A DNA stretch of 64,000 nucleotides from Octopus sinensis. Lineage: Eukaryota. The notes below the pieces were generated by a model. The model was given only the letters and a program-made list of their open reading frames with translations. It made no database searches and had not been told where the DNA came from. The stretch covers positions 76,136,001-76,200,000 of the forward strand of contig NC_043001.1 of NCBI RefSeq assembly GCF_006345805.1, written 5' to 3'. The first letter of the stretch is position 1. The number at the start of each line of letters is the position of its first letter. Shown one piece after another: positions 1 to 12,838 of this stretch. The translations under genes were made by a program, and so were the position numbers.

Positions 1-220
1 AGTTATTAATTAACGGACAAGATTGAGTAAGCGCTATGAACATGCTAATTCGGATTCCATTCGAATTTTAAGTAGTATCAATTTCAATTCCACTTCTATT
101 ATATTTGTAAATCTGGTTTCTATTTTACGATGATTGTACTACTATTATATCTAGATATCTGGGGTCATATTTAACTATGGTTGTATTCAAAAGAATTAGA
201 GCATATGTAGTCAGTAAACA

Positions 221-377
221 TATTTCTTTATTACCCACAAGGGGCTAAACACAGAGGGGACAAACAAGGACAGACATAGGTATTAAGTCGATTACATCGA
301 CCCCAGTGCGTAACTGGTACTTAATTTATCGACCCCGAAAGGATGAAAGGCAAAGTCGACCTCGGCGGAATTTGAAC
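221..377 (-). mobile_element. tRNA-derived SINE, family A, 5'-truncated copy
   Basis: Reverse complement matches the repeated unit GTTCAAATTCCGCCGAGGTCGACTTTGCCTTTCATCCTTTCGGGGTCGATAAATTAAGTACCAG...CCCCTTGTGGGTAATAAAGAAATA seen many times in the window. Confidence 0.85.
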
Positions 378-417
378 AGTATACAGCTACACACATTAAA
401 TATATTATAATACATGC

Positions 418-472
<55 letters not shown>

Positions 473-659
473 GTATATATATATATGAATATGTATATAT
501 ATGTATGTATATACATCTATACATATATGTGTTTGTGTGTGTGTGTGTACAGGCTACGGTGAATATATTGTCGTCTAAATTACGTAAAAATGAAAATAAC
601 ACTGACATTTCATTTTAATAGATATATTTACCAAAATTACATTAAAATATCTTGAAATA

Positions 660-1428
660 CTAAAGAGTAAATTTATTCATTAAAATTGCCATTTGCTTTA
701 ACCACGGCCTCCAGACGACTTCGGAATCTCCTGCAAATCTTCTGGACGGTCTCCTTGTAAGTTGGTGAATGCTATCATAATCCTTACCTTTAGTTCATCT
801 TTGGTGTTACAAGAATCTTTGTTGGTCTCTTGCTCATCTGAGCCCCAAACATAATAATAAAGTGGCTTATAGGCTGGGGAGTTAGATGGCCAAATGTTAC
901 GAGTGATGTGGTCGTAGATATTGTCTAACAACCATGACTGGGTCCTCCTGTTTGTGTGACATGGTGCAGACTTTTGTTGCCAGACATAGGGTCTTCCAAC
1001 AGCCACCTTCTTGATACAGGGCAGCACTATTTCTTCCAGGCACTTGATGTAGGACTTTGTGCTGAGTGAGGGGTAGTGTGAGAATATGAATAGAGGTATA
1101 ACGTCACCAAAACTAGTGATCACTGAAAACACCATGATGTTGACTGGATATTTGATTTTTATCACTCTCGGTACTTGTTTTGGGGACACGGCAAGCCAAC
1201 GGTTGTTCTGTATGTTCACTGTCTGTTCGTATTGGGCCTCCAGCACGAATGACAAATACAGCGTGTCGTTTCCAAATTTCTGGCAGAGTGAATTACGTCA
1301 TGGTGCTACTTTGCCTGCAGACGGTGTCCAACTGACCCTACCATACTGTGTAGTCGACAACATCAAAACCAAACAATGCGCATGCGCAAAATTAAAAATA
1401 TAAAATGGCGACAATTTACCCATCGCAC
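660..1428 (-). mobile_element. Degenerate Tc1/mariner-superfamily transposase remnant (DD37D/maT-like)
   Basis: ORF 698-1255 has KYPVNIMV, VWQQKSAPCHT and WPSNSPAYKPLYYYVWG, decayed versions of the QQDxAPxH and WPPNSPDLNPLDYxVW motifs. Confidence 0.75.
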
Positions 1429-1429
1429 T

Positions 1430-1979
1430 TTTCAATTGCATGAAATAAAAGTCGGAGGGGGACGGGATGAACTACATGCATCAACGTCTTATAAAAGCTG
1501 GTAGTAATTTCACCTTCCACTTATTCTTAGTGCAAGTTTTGAAGAAAGCAGTTCGATTTTAACAATTACTTTTTCAAAGCTATAATGTAATGACAAAGGA
1601 GCATATTCGGCATATTTTGCTTTATGAGTTCAATAAAGGCAACAACGCAAAGGAAAGTGTGAAGAATATTAATGCAACATATGGAGATCGGACAATAAGC
1701 ATAAGCCAGTATCAACGGTGGTTCCAGAAATTCCAAGCCAGAAACTGCAGATTAGAAGACGTGTCTCATCCTTAAAGATCTGTAGAGCTCGACGATGACG
1801 ACCTGCAAACTCTGGTGGAACAAAATCCCATCGTAGCTGTTGAGCAACAGGCAGAGAAGCTTGGATTTGGTCATTCAACCATTCATCGACACCTGCGTGC
1901 CACCGGAAGAGTCAACAATTTGGGCCAATGGGTTCCTCACAAACTTTCCGAGTCTAATCCATGCTGTCAGTGAATGTGT
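1430..1979 (+). mobile_element. 5' part of a mariner (DD34D) element, cut off by the assembly gap
   Basis: MTKEHIRHILLYEFNKGNNAKES...QRWFQKF N-terminus and WVPHKL-like motif near 1928; same family as the 41.4-42.6 kb copy. Confidence 0.85.
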
Positions 1980-2079
1980 NNNNNNNNNNNNNNNNNNNNN
2001 NNNNNNNNNNNNNNNNNNNNNNNNNNNNNNNNNNNNNNNNNNNNNNNNNNNNNNNNNNNNNNNNNNNNNNNNNNNNNNN
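1980..2079. other. Assembly gap (100 N)
   Basis: Run of N. Confidence 1.
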
Positions 2080-2156
2080 TGTAACAAACCGAACGCGTCA
2101 TTTACACTCAGAGATATGTGTGTGTTTGTGCGTGTGCGTTTGTGTGTGTGTGTGTG

Positions 2157-2188
<32 letters not shown>

Positions 2189-3390
2189 ATATTGAACTTA
2201 TCACATACCGCCAAATTGTTTGCCTTGTGCCAAAATTTGAAACCGTTGTTATTGCTCTTGTTATTATGCTTTTGATAATCTTAGAGTTGATGGTTAGGTT
2301 TTTTATTTGTATTATTCTGTTTGTTGATTTTAGTATTTTTACTATTTTCCACCCTCTTTTGTATTCTGTGCCATTCACCAAGGTAAAATGTCACACCATC
2401 TTGAGGCTGAAATAAGCATAAAATCCTGCTTATGTCTCCTATATTTGTCTTCATTCACATCACAGTGGAAATGTTCTTCCTTTTCTTTCTAGTTGGTAGG
2501 GGTGGTGCATATAAGCTGTCTTAGTAGTTGTGATCGATGTCATTGTTGTTGCTACTGTTGTTGTCCTTATTGTTATTATTTATCTTGTTTCCTGTTGATG
2601 TCGTTAACTTCAAGAAACTATCGTCGAGGTGTTGCGTTTCAGTATGTCTTGCAATATACCTTCAAAAACATGTCTTTGTTAATAACCTCACAACCACTGC
2701 ACTCTATCTATCTATCTATCTACCTATCTATCTATCTATCTATTTCTCTATCTATCTATTTATCTAGCTATCTATCTCTATCTATCTCCCTTTCTTTCTC
2801 ACTCCCCCCACTCTAAATTAACCTTTAACCTTTGCATTTCTAACCTCTCCTATTTACTTCCTGCCTCCCCTTTTCTACCATCACAACCTACACCATCATT
2901 TCCAGTGCTCTCTTCTGTTCAATTTACTCTGTTTTCTATTCTTTCTCTTCATTTAGTCCCTCCTCATGTCTATAATACTCAACATTTCGCTCTATTTTTT
3001 TTTATCTTTCTGCCTGGTAATTTTTCCGTCTTCATACATCTACACGTTTCTCTCTTAGTGGTGTTCCATACGTCTTTATGCAGCCGAGATCTTATCGACT
3101 ATATCCCCTACCCTAAAGTTGCTGGCCTTGTGCCAAAATTTGAAACCGTTATTTACACAATTTGTAATATAACCAAATACGCCAATTTTGGCGTAAAATT
3201 GTACTTTGTTCACTTTCGTTCGCATGAATAATGTATACACTTTTGCTGTTATGGCTTAATAAATGCTCCTATATGATTGACAAAACACAGCATTCAAGCG
3301 CTATCGAAACTGATTTTAAAACTCAGAGCCTGTTAATATCCCTATTTGAAGTTCATTGATATCCCTTCGAAGTATGAAGCGTAGAATATC

Positions 3391-3792
3391 TCTTTTACTT
3401 GTTTCAGTCACTTGACTGTGGCCATGCTGGAGCAACGCCTTTAGTCGAGCAAATCGACCCCAGGACTTATTCATTGTAAGCCTAGTACTTATTCTATCGG
3501 TCTCTTTTGCTGAACCGCTAAGTTACGGGGACGCAAACACACCAGCACCGGTTGTCAAGCGATGTTGGGGTGGGGAACACAGATGCACAAACATACACAC
3601 ACACACACACATATATAATATATATATATACGACAGGCTTCTTTCAGTTTCCATCTACCAAATCCACTCACAAGGCTTTGGTTGGCTCGAGGCTATAGTA
3701 GGAGACACTTGCCCAAGGTGCCACGCAGTGGGAGTGAACTTGGAACCATGTGGTTGGTAAGCAAGCTACTTACCACACAGCCACTCCTACGC
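3391..3792 (-). mobile_element. tRNA-derived CORE-type SINE, family B, with internal (TA)/(CA) microsatellite
   Basis: Head GGCGTAGGAGTGGCTGTGTGGTAAG (A-box-like), CORE-like GCACCTTGGGCAAGTGTC, tail ...GACTGAAACAAGTAAAAG. Confidence 0.9.
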
Positions 3793-5719
3793 CAGTACAT
3801 TTTGATAAACATTTCTCCACAAGATCTAAGTTAGTGTCCTGTGAACTTAATTATTCGCTTTACACCTTACACCTTACAGTGTTATCTCAATGTTTGAGTC
3901 TGCAGTGCAGTTTATTGATGTTTATTCCTAGTTGTGTTATCCACATGGGTGGCATACGTCAATATATTTATTCACTATTTATACTGCATTTATTTCCTAA
4001 GTTGTTTTATTTTTTAAACACTGCTTCTCAGAGCGAGCGGTATCACCCTGGGTGGGGGCGTGGAAAATTTTATATGCGCACTGGGAACCAAGGAGGCTTT
4101 AGGGGGCGGTTGATGCATCCGCTTAGCTCTTAAGCTTTTGTCTCCTATTTGAATATTAACTTTGAAAAAAAACAAGTAGCTGTAATATTATGATAAAACT
4201 ATTTGTTAGCCACAGTCACAATAACAGCGACAATATCAATAACAATAGCAAAGACAACTCTTAATTGGAGCATAAAGATAAATTCCAACTGTACACAAAT
4301 ATACACACACACGTGTGTGTGTCTGTGAGAGTATGTGTGTGTATGTGTGTGCGTGTGTGCGTGTCTGTGTGTGTATGCACGTGTTAGAAAGAAAAAAGCT
4401 GGCACTGATTTTGAATTTCGAAGTTACTGTCTACTGAAAACTGACTTCTATCCCACACAATACCTACTCTTACATACCACAACACTTTCATTCTCTACGA
4501 TATTTTGGGTTTTTTTTTGGTGGGGCGGCGGGGTTCCTTCAGATTTCACACATTTATAAGTTAAAACTTGTTCAGCACATCTCGACATCCACTTCTTTCT
4601 TCCCACCTGCTACATATCAATCACTAAGATATTGACCTCACAGTGATCTGGTGGGAATTGACTAAGATATTTCGGTAAAGTGTGAATATAAAAAAGTTTA
4701 GCCAAGCAAACGGTAGGCCTATCACTGTTTTCATTCTTGGCTATAAGATTTTTCCGGATCATATATCTAAAGCTAGAATCAGTTAAGGTTGACCATGGAC
4801 GTTGCCTCCTATTTTTGGTAGCGTTTTTCGTATCCAAGAAATCATTTCCATTAGTGGCAATCTTTATCGCAGAAAGGAATCTACACTCAGTTTCGGGTTT
4901 GTCTCTGTTCTTGCACTCTTTTCCGTGGGCCCTTTTAAATGACTGCAGAGTCTAGCACTCTCTCGGTCCCTATCTCAGTGATTCCCAACGTAGGAAAATT
5001 GTGGTGGGGTGTAGGATCCAAAATTTTTCTTTTTTTTTTATAGTGAGGTATGAAATTGTGAACTAACAACACTTAAAGCAAATTAACTACACTCATAGTA
5101 GTGGTGGCGCTTGCTACTGCTAGTGGTACTTGTGTTGGTGATGGTCATCGTCTTATTGTCCTTGTTTATCCCCAAATAAATCTCGATCGGGCAAATTTCT
5201 AATACAAAGCATTCTAGCTATGACCTTCTCAACTGTTTTTATATACCTATCATTAAATCATCCATGTGTCCTGCCTTCATTTTCAAAGATAGTAGAGAGT
5301 TATAACGAAGCTATCTACAATTATCAGCAAGTCGGGTGACCACAATCCCAATGATAGCAGCTCTACCATTGGAATTATATTATTGTCACTGTCTAGTGAT
5401 AGTTGGCGAAGACATATTACATAACAACAGGCATCCAGGTTTAATGAGCGACAGAATCATTCCTCTGCACCGAAATTATAGATGACATCATAAATGAACT
5501 TGTTGTTACAACTGGATATTGAAACAAGATCAACCACACAACGCTCCAATCGCTGAAATCCCGCTCTAATCTATCATACGGATTACACCACAGGGGGTTC
5601 GAATGTTATACTCGTGACTTTTTTTTTTCAGAGTATTACATCAGTGATGTGCGTGTGTGCATGCGCGCGTGCATGTGTATTTATATATATGCTAACGACA
5701 TTTCCAAATAATAGTAATG

Positions 5720-5925
5720 ACCCTTCCTACCAAAGGCACAAGGCCTGAAATTTGCGGGTAGGGATTAAGCCGATTACATCAACCCTAGTGTTCAACTGGC
5801 GCTTATCCTATCGACCTCGAAAAAAAATGGGAGGCAAAGTCGACCTAGGTGAAAGTTGAACTCAGAACGCAGCGATGTGCGAAATGCCGCTAAGTATTTG
5901 GTCCTCTGCCAGCTCTCCGTCTTAA
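5720..5925 (-). mobile_element. SINE family A, degenerate
   Basis: GGCAAAGTCGACCT...GAACTCAGAACG matches the family A reverse complement. Confidence 0.7.
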
Positions 5926-5945
5926 TAGAAATAATAATAATAATA

Positions 5946-6002
<57 letters not shown>

Positions 6003-7113
6003 GAGAGAGAGACATACATATATATATACATATTTGTGTATATAATTATGTATGCGTGTGTATATAAGTGTGTATGTATATGTATATATGGGGGGGCCTG
6101 TTTTATGTACTTATATATACATACACACACACACACACACGTGCACACATATATATATATATATATATATAGATGTACGTGTGTTTAAATATATATGTAC
6201 ACATATACATACGTGTATGTATATATATATATATATGTACACGTATGTATTTATGTACATATATATTTAAACACACGTACATATATATATATATATGTAT
6301 TAATGTATGTATATATGTATGTATATAACACGTCCACATATATATTGTGGGCTAGATCGTGGATTCGATTCCTTGATTGGATGGCGCGTTGTGTTCTTGA
6401 GCAAAATACTTCATTTCTCGTTGTTCCAGTTCCCTTTCGGAGTGGGGTGTATGTTGGCCTACCCGACTAGCCAGTGGGGTGGCGGCATTTCAAAGCCAAA
6501 ACAACGCAAAGCGCATTGTGACCAGCGATGTGTAACAACTTCTGTTAGTCTGGTCGGCAGCTTTTGTATTTTTTGTTCGATTTTGATGAAAATTGATGAG
6601 TAAGCGAGACTCATGGCAGTGAATTAATGTCAGTGTATGGCGTTGATAAAAAATCGAAAATTGCACCTGAGCAGTGGTTTTATAAAATCAATAGGCTTTT
6701 TGCATGCAAATACTCATAAGGATTATATTTTTGACTGCAACTTTTATATTTTCAAGAAAATGGTCACATGGATTCTATTTTATGATATAACCTTAACACT
6801 TTTCTTCGGATTTTGCTGAGACTGGACACGCTGATCAATTTTGTACAGAGGGTAGCATTAAAGGGAGAGAAATAAACAAACGTCACTCTCAATGGGTTGA
6901 TGCACACCCAAAAGTTTGACTTCGATTTCAGACGGTCCAATATGTAGAATTATCTTGAAAACGTTAACCGGGTAAAATCCCTGCCAAACCAGATATAACA
7001 TCTTAATTGGTAATAGTCGGCACGGAGGACGTAGAAGATTTCAATACAAGGTCAGAGGTGGACTTAACTTCAAGACGGAAAACACAAGCAGTGCCATATC
7101 CAGCAGCTAGTAT

Positions 7114-7155
<42 letters not shown>

Positions 7156-7166
7156 ATATAATATAT

Positions 7167-7917
7167 ATAATTAATCAATATAGGGTGGCAAAAAATTTCG
7201 TAGAATTTTTTTGCCACCAGCGGCCTAGTGGGAAAAAATTAAATAGTCATAGACCATTTATAAATTCAACATCAAAATCAAGGAACGGCCATAATAGGCC
7301 ATTCACCCACTAGAAATAACAGCCAAAGCTTCAACCGCAAAACAACATTAATTCCGCAAACCAGGAGAAAATTAAAAAAACATTTACCCTGTAGTTCCTT
7401 ATACGATGCACCGTTTCATCTATTGATTTTGATGTTGAATTTATAAATGGTCTATGACTATTTAATTTTTTCCCACTAGGCCGCTGGTGGCAAAAAAATT
7501 CTACGAAATTTTTTGCCACCCTATATTGATTAATTATGAATTTTCTGGTTAATTCCGTAATGGAATCGGCGGCTTATATTTGCTGCCGATAAATTTGGCG
7601 CGATTGCGATGATTTGAAAATTTTAGGTCAGATATTGCCGAGACAGTGATTGAAGTGCCTCGTGTAAATATCTGCTCCGATCTGGCTGTTCTTACTGACG
7701 AATCTATCGGCCTATGGAAGACTAGCTTGATTTAATTTAATCAGGTTAGTTTACCATTAAACAATAGATGAAACGGTGCATCGTATAAGGAACTACAGGG
7801 TAAATGTTTTTTTAATTTTCCCCTGGTTTGCGGAATTAATGTTGTTTTGCGGTTGAAGCTTTGGCTGTTATTTCTAGTGGGTGAATGGCCTATTATGGCC
7901 GTTCCTTGATTTTGATG
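7167..7917 (+). mobile_element. Non-coding hammerhead-ribozyme retroelement (retrozyme or Penelope pLTR-like) with 5' inversion, inserted in (TA)n
   Basis: 7167-7281 is the reverse complement of 7423-7537; 7270-7425 is the reverse complement of 7762-7917; (TA)n on both sides; hammerhead at 7688-7793. Confidence 0.8.
7688..7793 (+). ncRNA. Type I hammerhead ribozyme, intact core
   Basis: Stem I GTTCTTA/TAAGGAAC; CUGACGA 7695-7701; stem II ATCTAT/ATAGAT with a 14-bp inner hairpin containing G-U pairs; GAAA 7770-7773; stem III ACGG-UGCA-UCGU; GUA cleavage triplet 7783-7785. Confidence 0.85.
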
Positions 7918-8146
7918 ATATATATATATATATATATATTATCTACATGCTTTCAAGCACTCTACTTAATTCTGTATTTATATATTAACGAGCAGGAATG
8001 AAAAACGGAACCGAATGAAAGAATGAAATATTGAAAGAATTGAAGAATAAGAAAATAAAGACGCAAACAAACATGAAAAGAAGAAATGTGAGAAAAATGC
8101 ATGAGAGTTTTACCAATGAAAGAAAAAAGACTAAGAGAGAGAAGGG

Positions 8147-8414
<268 letters not shown>

Positions 8415-8799
8415 CTTTGTTTAAAGGGAAGAATGAGTGCTAGAAAAAATAAGTAGAGGAATAGAAAATAGGAAAGTAGAAAATAATATGTAGAAAAAGA
8501 GTAAAACAGAGGAGAAAAACGGAATTAAATAGAGTGGGTGTTGAAGAATTCAGATGTATGTAGATGATGGGAAAAAGTGTGAAGAAAAGCTGTCATTGAA
8601 TGAGTGTTACCTGATAAGTGTTTTATTTTTTATCCGCTAGGGGGCAAACCACATCTACTACGATACGGACATAATGTGAAAATATATACGTAAAAAAAAA
8701 AATAATAAAATAAGTCCAACGTTAAGTCATGCAAACTCAGATGTCTTGAATGAGAATGAACGAGAACATAAGGACAAAATGTCTAAATGAAAATAGCGT

Positions 8800-8831
<32 letters not shown>

Positions 8832-8962
8832 ATGCGTGTGTGTGTATATTATACGCATATAGAGACGCACACAACTACGTATCTTCGTACGTAAGTCCAT
8901 CCGTTCTTATGTATTGATGTGTATGTGAGTGTGAATATATATATATATATACGCGCACACAC

Positions 8963-9011
<49 letters not shown>

Positions 9012-10011
9012 CACAAAAGAAAGAAAAGAGAACTCTTATGGAACCATGTATGTAATTCGAACTCCAATAGTTTGTCCTTCTAGACCGCTGTCGTGTTCCC
9101 CAGCCAAAAAGCACGAAAGAATTTTAATGGGAAAATAATATGAATGATGGTGTTTGTCAGAAAGTAAAATTTGTTTGTATTGTAAAGGAAATGTTATTTG
9201 TTTGGTAAAACTACTTCGTTGATGGACTGTTTAAAAAGTGAACGTCATTTTCTTTTGTCTCGTGGATACTTCAAATAATGCACAGATTTTTTAAATTTAT
9301 ATTGTGCTTTGTTTTGTTTGTTGCTTTAGGGTTGTCTTTTATTTTTTCACAACTTACAAAGAAAATAGGTTGCCACATTATATTTTTTTTCTTTTTGTAA
9401 TATTTCGTTCTCAGATACTTAGATCAAACCTCTTACTGATGGTGACCAGAAGTAGGTAAAGGGGAGGACAATATCTCTTAGATGCTATATATTCCTTGAA
9501 ATAACTAAAATTCGTGTGAAGCAGCGTTGAATAAACTATAACCGTGTATATTTAACAAGTTTGTGTACCAAAGTTTGTGGAAAAACTTTACACTGAGGAA
9601 ACAGTCCGAAAGAAAATTGTCTCCACGCACACCAGCAAATGTACTGTTTGCTGTGCTAATGAGAGTTATCATCCTTATAAAGTTGGGAAGAACAAATTCG
9701 ATATTCGTAACTGATACCACTCAATCACATAGAAATGCATGGTTCCTACGATCCGATAACGTGATTTACCAGCCAATGCCTTTTAGACATATTGTCTATG
9801 AATATCTTCTCACGAGGTTATTTCCATAGCGAAAAGTCTTCTCATATTCGAGTGCACACGAACTTGTTATATATATTTTTCACTCGGGGCAGCTTCGTGC
9901 GACTCTTCATCTTTAATTCCAAGCTCTACACACACTAACAAATGTGCTGTCTGTTGTTCTTATATATAAGAACTATCGTTCTTAAAAGTCTATGAAGAAT
10001 GAATTCAGTAC

Positions 10012-10058
10012 TCGTAGCTGACGACACTCGATGATACCGAAACGCATGCATGCTACGA
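10012..10058 (+). ncRNA. Degenerate type I hammerhead ribozyme
   Basis: TCGTAG-CTGACGA-(decayed stem II)-GAAAC-GCATGC-ATG-CTACGA: perfect 6-bp stem I and palindromic loop 3, but stem II and the cleavage triplet are mutated. Confidence 0.6.
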
Positions 10059-10244
10059 TTCCATGACACCATTTATAGACTAGTGTGTTTTATGAATATT
10101 ATCTGAATAGAATTTTCTCTGGGAATTACTTCCGCAGCGAAAGGTTTTCCGCGTTCGCCGATACACCTACATGTTACGTACAACTGTACATAATCAATAT
10201 ATATAAAATACGATACGTACTTTTGTATCTTTTATTTTTTATCG

Positions 10245-10566
10245 TTTACTTGTTTGTCATTTGACTGCGACCATGACATTTTTAAGCTTGCTACTTATTC
10301 TATCGGTCTCTTTTACCGAACTGTTAGGTTACGGGGATGTAAACACACCAACACTGGTTATCATGGTGGGGATGGGCACAGACACAAGCAAACACACACA
10401 CCTTTATATAAGACGGGCTTCTTTCGATTCCGTCTACCAAATCTGCTCACAAGGCTTTGGCCGGCCTGAGCCTATTGGGAAACACCTAAGTTGCCCCGCA
10501 GTGGAACTGAAACCGAAACCATGTGGTTGGGAATCAATTTTCTTACAACACAGTCACGCCTGCGCC
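10245..10566 (-). mobile_element. SINE family B, degenerate
   Basis: Matches family B blocks (TACTTATTCTATCGGTCTCTTT; CACAAGGCTTTGG; ACCATGTGGTTGG). Confidence 0.8.
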
Positions 10567-10573
10567 TGGCTTC

Positions 10574-10808
10574 TTATTTCTTTATTGCCCAGAAGGGGCT
10601 AAACATAGAGGGGACAAACAAGGACAGACAAACGGATTAAGTCGATTAAATCGACCCCAGTGCGTAACTGGTACTTAATTTATCGACCCCGAAAGGATGA
10701 AAGGCAAAGTCGATCACGGCAAAATTTGAACTCAGAACGCAAAGACAGACGAAATACCGCAAAGCATTTCGCCCGGCGTACTAACGTTTCTTCCAGCTCG
10801 CCGCCTTC
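10574..10808 (-). mobile_element. SINE family A, full length
   Basis: Complete unit from TATTTCTTTATTGCCC to CAGCTCGCCGCC. Confidence 0.9.
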
Positions 10809-11711
10809 TTACCACGCCTGGTTTCTTACCACGCAGCAACACTTTAGCTTTTGGGGGTGTTGAATATGTTCCCCTTATGAGATTATTTTCTAAATCATTC
10901 GATAGAAGTTGGAGTTGCTCTGTTTATTTTTTGTATTTGTCTCACAATACTAAATGAAATAGTTTGAAGTTTTCTAAATTAACCATCAGTGTTTCTTCTT
11001 TCTTACTGCAACAGCGTCACCCTTTAGTTGTTCTATTTATCTTTTGTATTTGAAAGTTCACTCTGCTTTTTTAGTGTTTAACTAATGTTTCAATATTCAT
11101 AAATTTTGACGATTTGCCATGCATCACAACATTTCGGAGATATTTCTTCATCATAATTGTAGCCCGGCTGTTCTTTTGAGGCAAGTTGTGGCGGCACAAT
11201 AGAACAATGACACTTAAGTTTGATTTGATTTTTTTTTCTACTAGAGCTAATAGAAATATTTTTCTTTAATTTTAAGACACTTGCTAGTGTTGTTCTGTTT
11301 ATTGGTGGGGGATTCAGAAGTTCATTCTGCTATCTTCATCATCTCATCGTTTTAATGTTCATAAATTCAAATGATTCGGCTGGCATCACAACATTCATAA
11401 TAAATTTCGATGCTACGTTGGCGTGCGGCCTACCGCAGTATATCGACTCTACGCTGTCAGATTATCTGATCGGGGTTAGGGTTAGTGTCAGTTATGAACA
11501 TTTTGAAATTACAGACCGAAAATTCAGATCAAGGTGTGTTAGTACCTCCTCATGTCTACACAAGAAACGTTCTTCTTCGTGAACTTCTGCAGTGAATCAT
11601 ACCTGTATAACATTTTGGGAGTGATAGATAACATTTTCTTATCTTCCTGTTCATTTTAGCATTTTTATATACATTCTCATCCTCTAATTACCGACTTTCA
11701 TCACTCTTTTA

Positions 11712-12172
11712 CTGTTTTACTTGTTGCAGCCATTTGACTACGGCCAGACTGGAGCACCGCCTTTAGTCGAGCACATCGACCCCAGGACTTATTCTTTGTA
11801 AGCCTAGTACTTATTCTATCGGTCTCTTTTGCCGAACCGCTAAACTCAGAACGTATTGTCGGAAGAAATACCACTAAACGTTTTCTCCAGCGCGGTAACG
11901 ATTCTGCCAGCTTGATGCCTTAATAAATCCGTAATTATTTATTTCTTTATTGCCAACAGGGGGATAAACATAGAGGAAACAAACAAGGAGAGACAAACGG
12001 ATTAAGTCGATTAAATCGAACCCAGTGCATAACTGATACTTATTTAATCGACCCCGAAAGGATGAAAGGCAAAGTCGACCTCGACGGAATTTGAATTAAG
12101 AAAGTAACGGCAGACGAAATACCGCTAAGTATTTTGCCCCGCGTGCTAACGATTCTGCAATCTCGCCGCCCT
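11712..12172 (-). mobile_element. SINE cluster: family B 3' part fused to a family A head, then a full family A copy (about 11940-12170)
   Basis: Sequence matches; TCCGTAATTATT direct repeat flanks the full family A copy. Confidence 0.8.
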
Positions 12173-12504
12173 AACTCCGTAATTATTGACGGCTTGAATA
12201 CGCTAGTAATATAGTTTCTTTGTTTTTATAAATTTTTGTTCAACAAACTTAACCTGTTTACATGGTTTTTAATACCCTACCACAAATTTTTAAAATTCAT
12301 TTATCTCAAATAGTGTTATGAACTAAAGAAAACAGGAATTGAATAATTTTAAATATCCATTATTAACACGTTTGAAGGCGCTTTTGATGTAATTGGACGT
12401 TCTTAGCGATGATGCTAATTATTTTATAATTGTAGCTATGTAAAACAGCTTTTAAACCTTTTCACATTGGCTGCCAGCTATCAATGATTACAAAAATGTT
12501 ATTG

Positions 12505-12773
12505 TCACGTGGCTGTGTGGTTAGAAAGTTTGCTTTGCAACCAGATGGTTTCGGGTTCAGTTGCACGGCACCTTTTCTTTCTTTTATTTGTTTCAGTCAT
12601 TTTACTGCGGCCATGCTGGAGCACCGCCTTTAGTCGAACAAATCGACTCCAGGACTTATCGGTCTCTTTTGCCGAACAGCTAAGTTACGGGGACGTAAAA
12701 ACCCCAACATCGGTTGTCAAGCGATGATGGAGGGACAAACACAGACACACAAAGATATACACACACACACATA

Positions 12774-12838
<65 letters not shown>

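Noticed and set aside
5415-5510. Possible LINE RT fragment (ITTGIQ...IIDDIINEL)
   Set aside because: Too short and degenerate to call by eye
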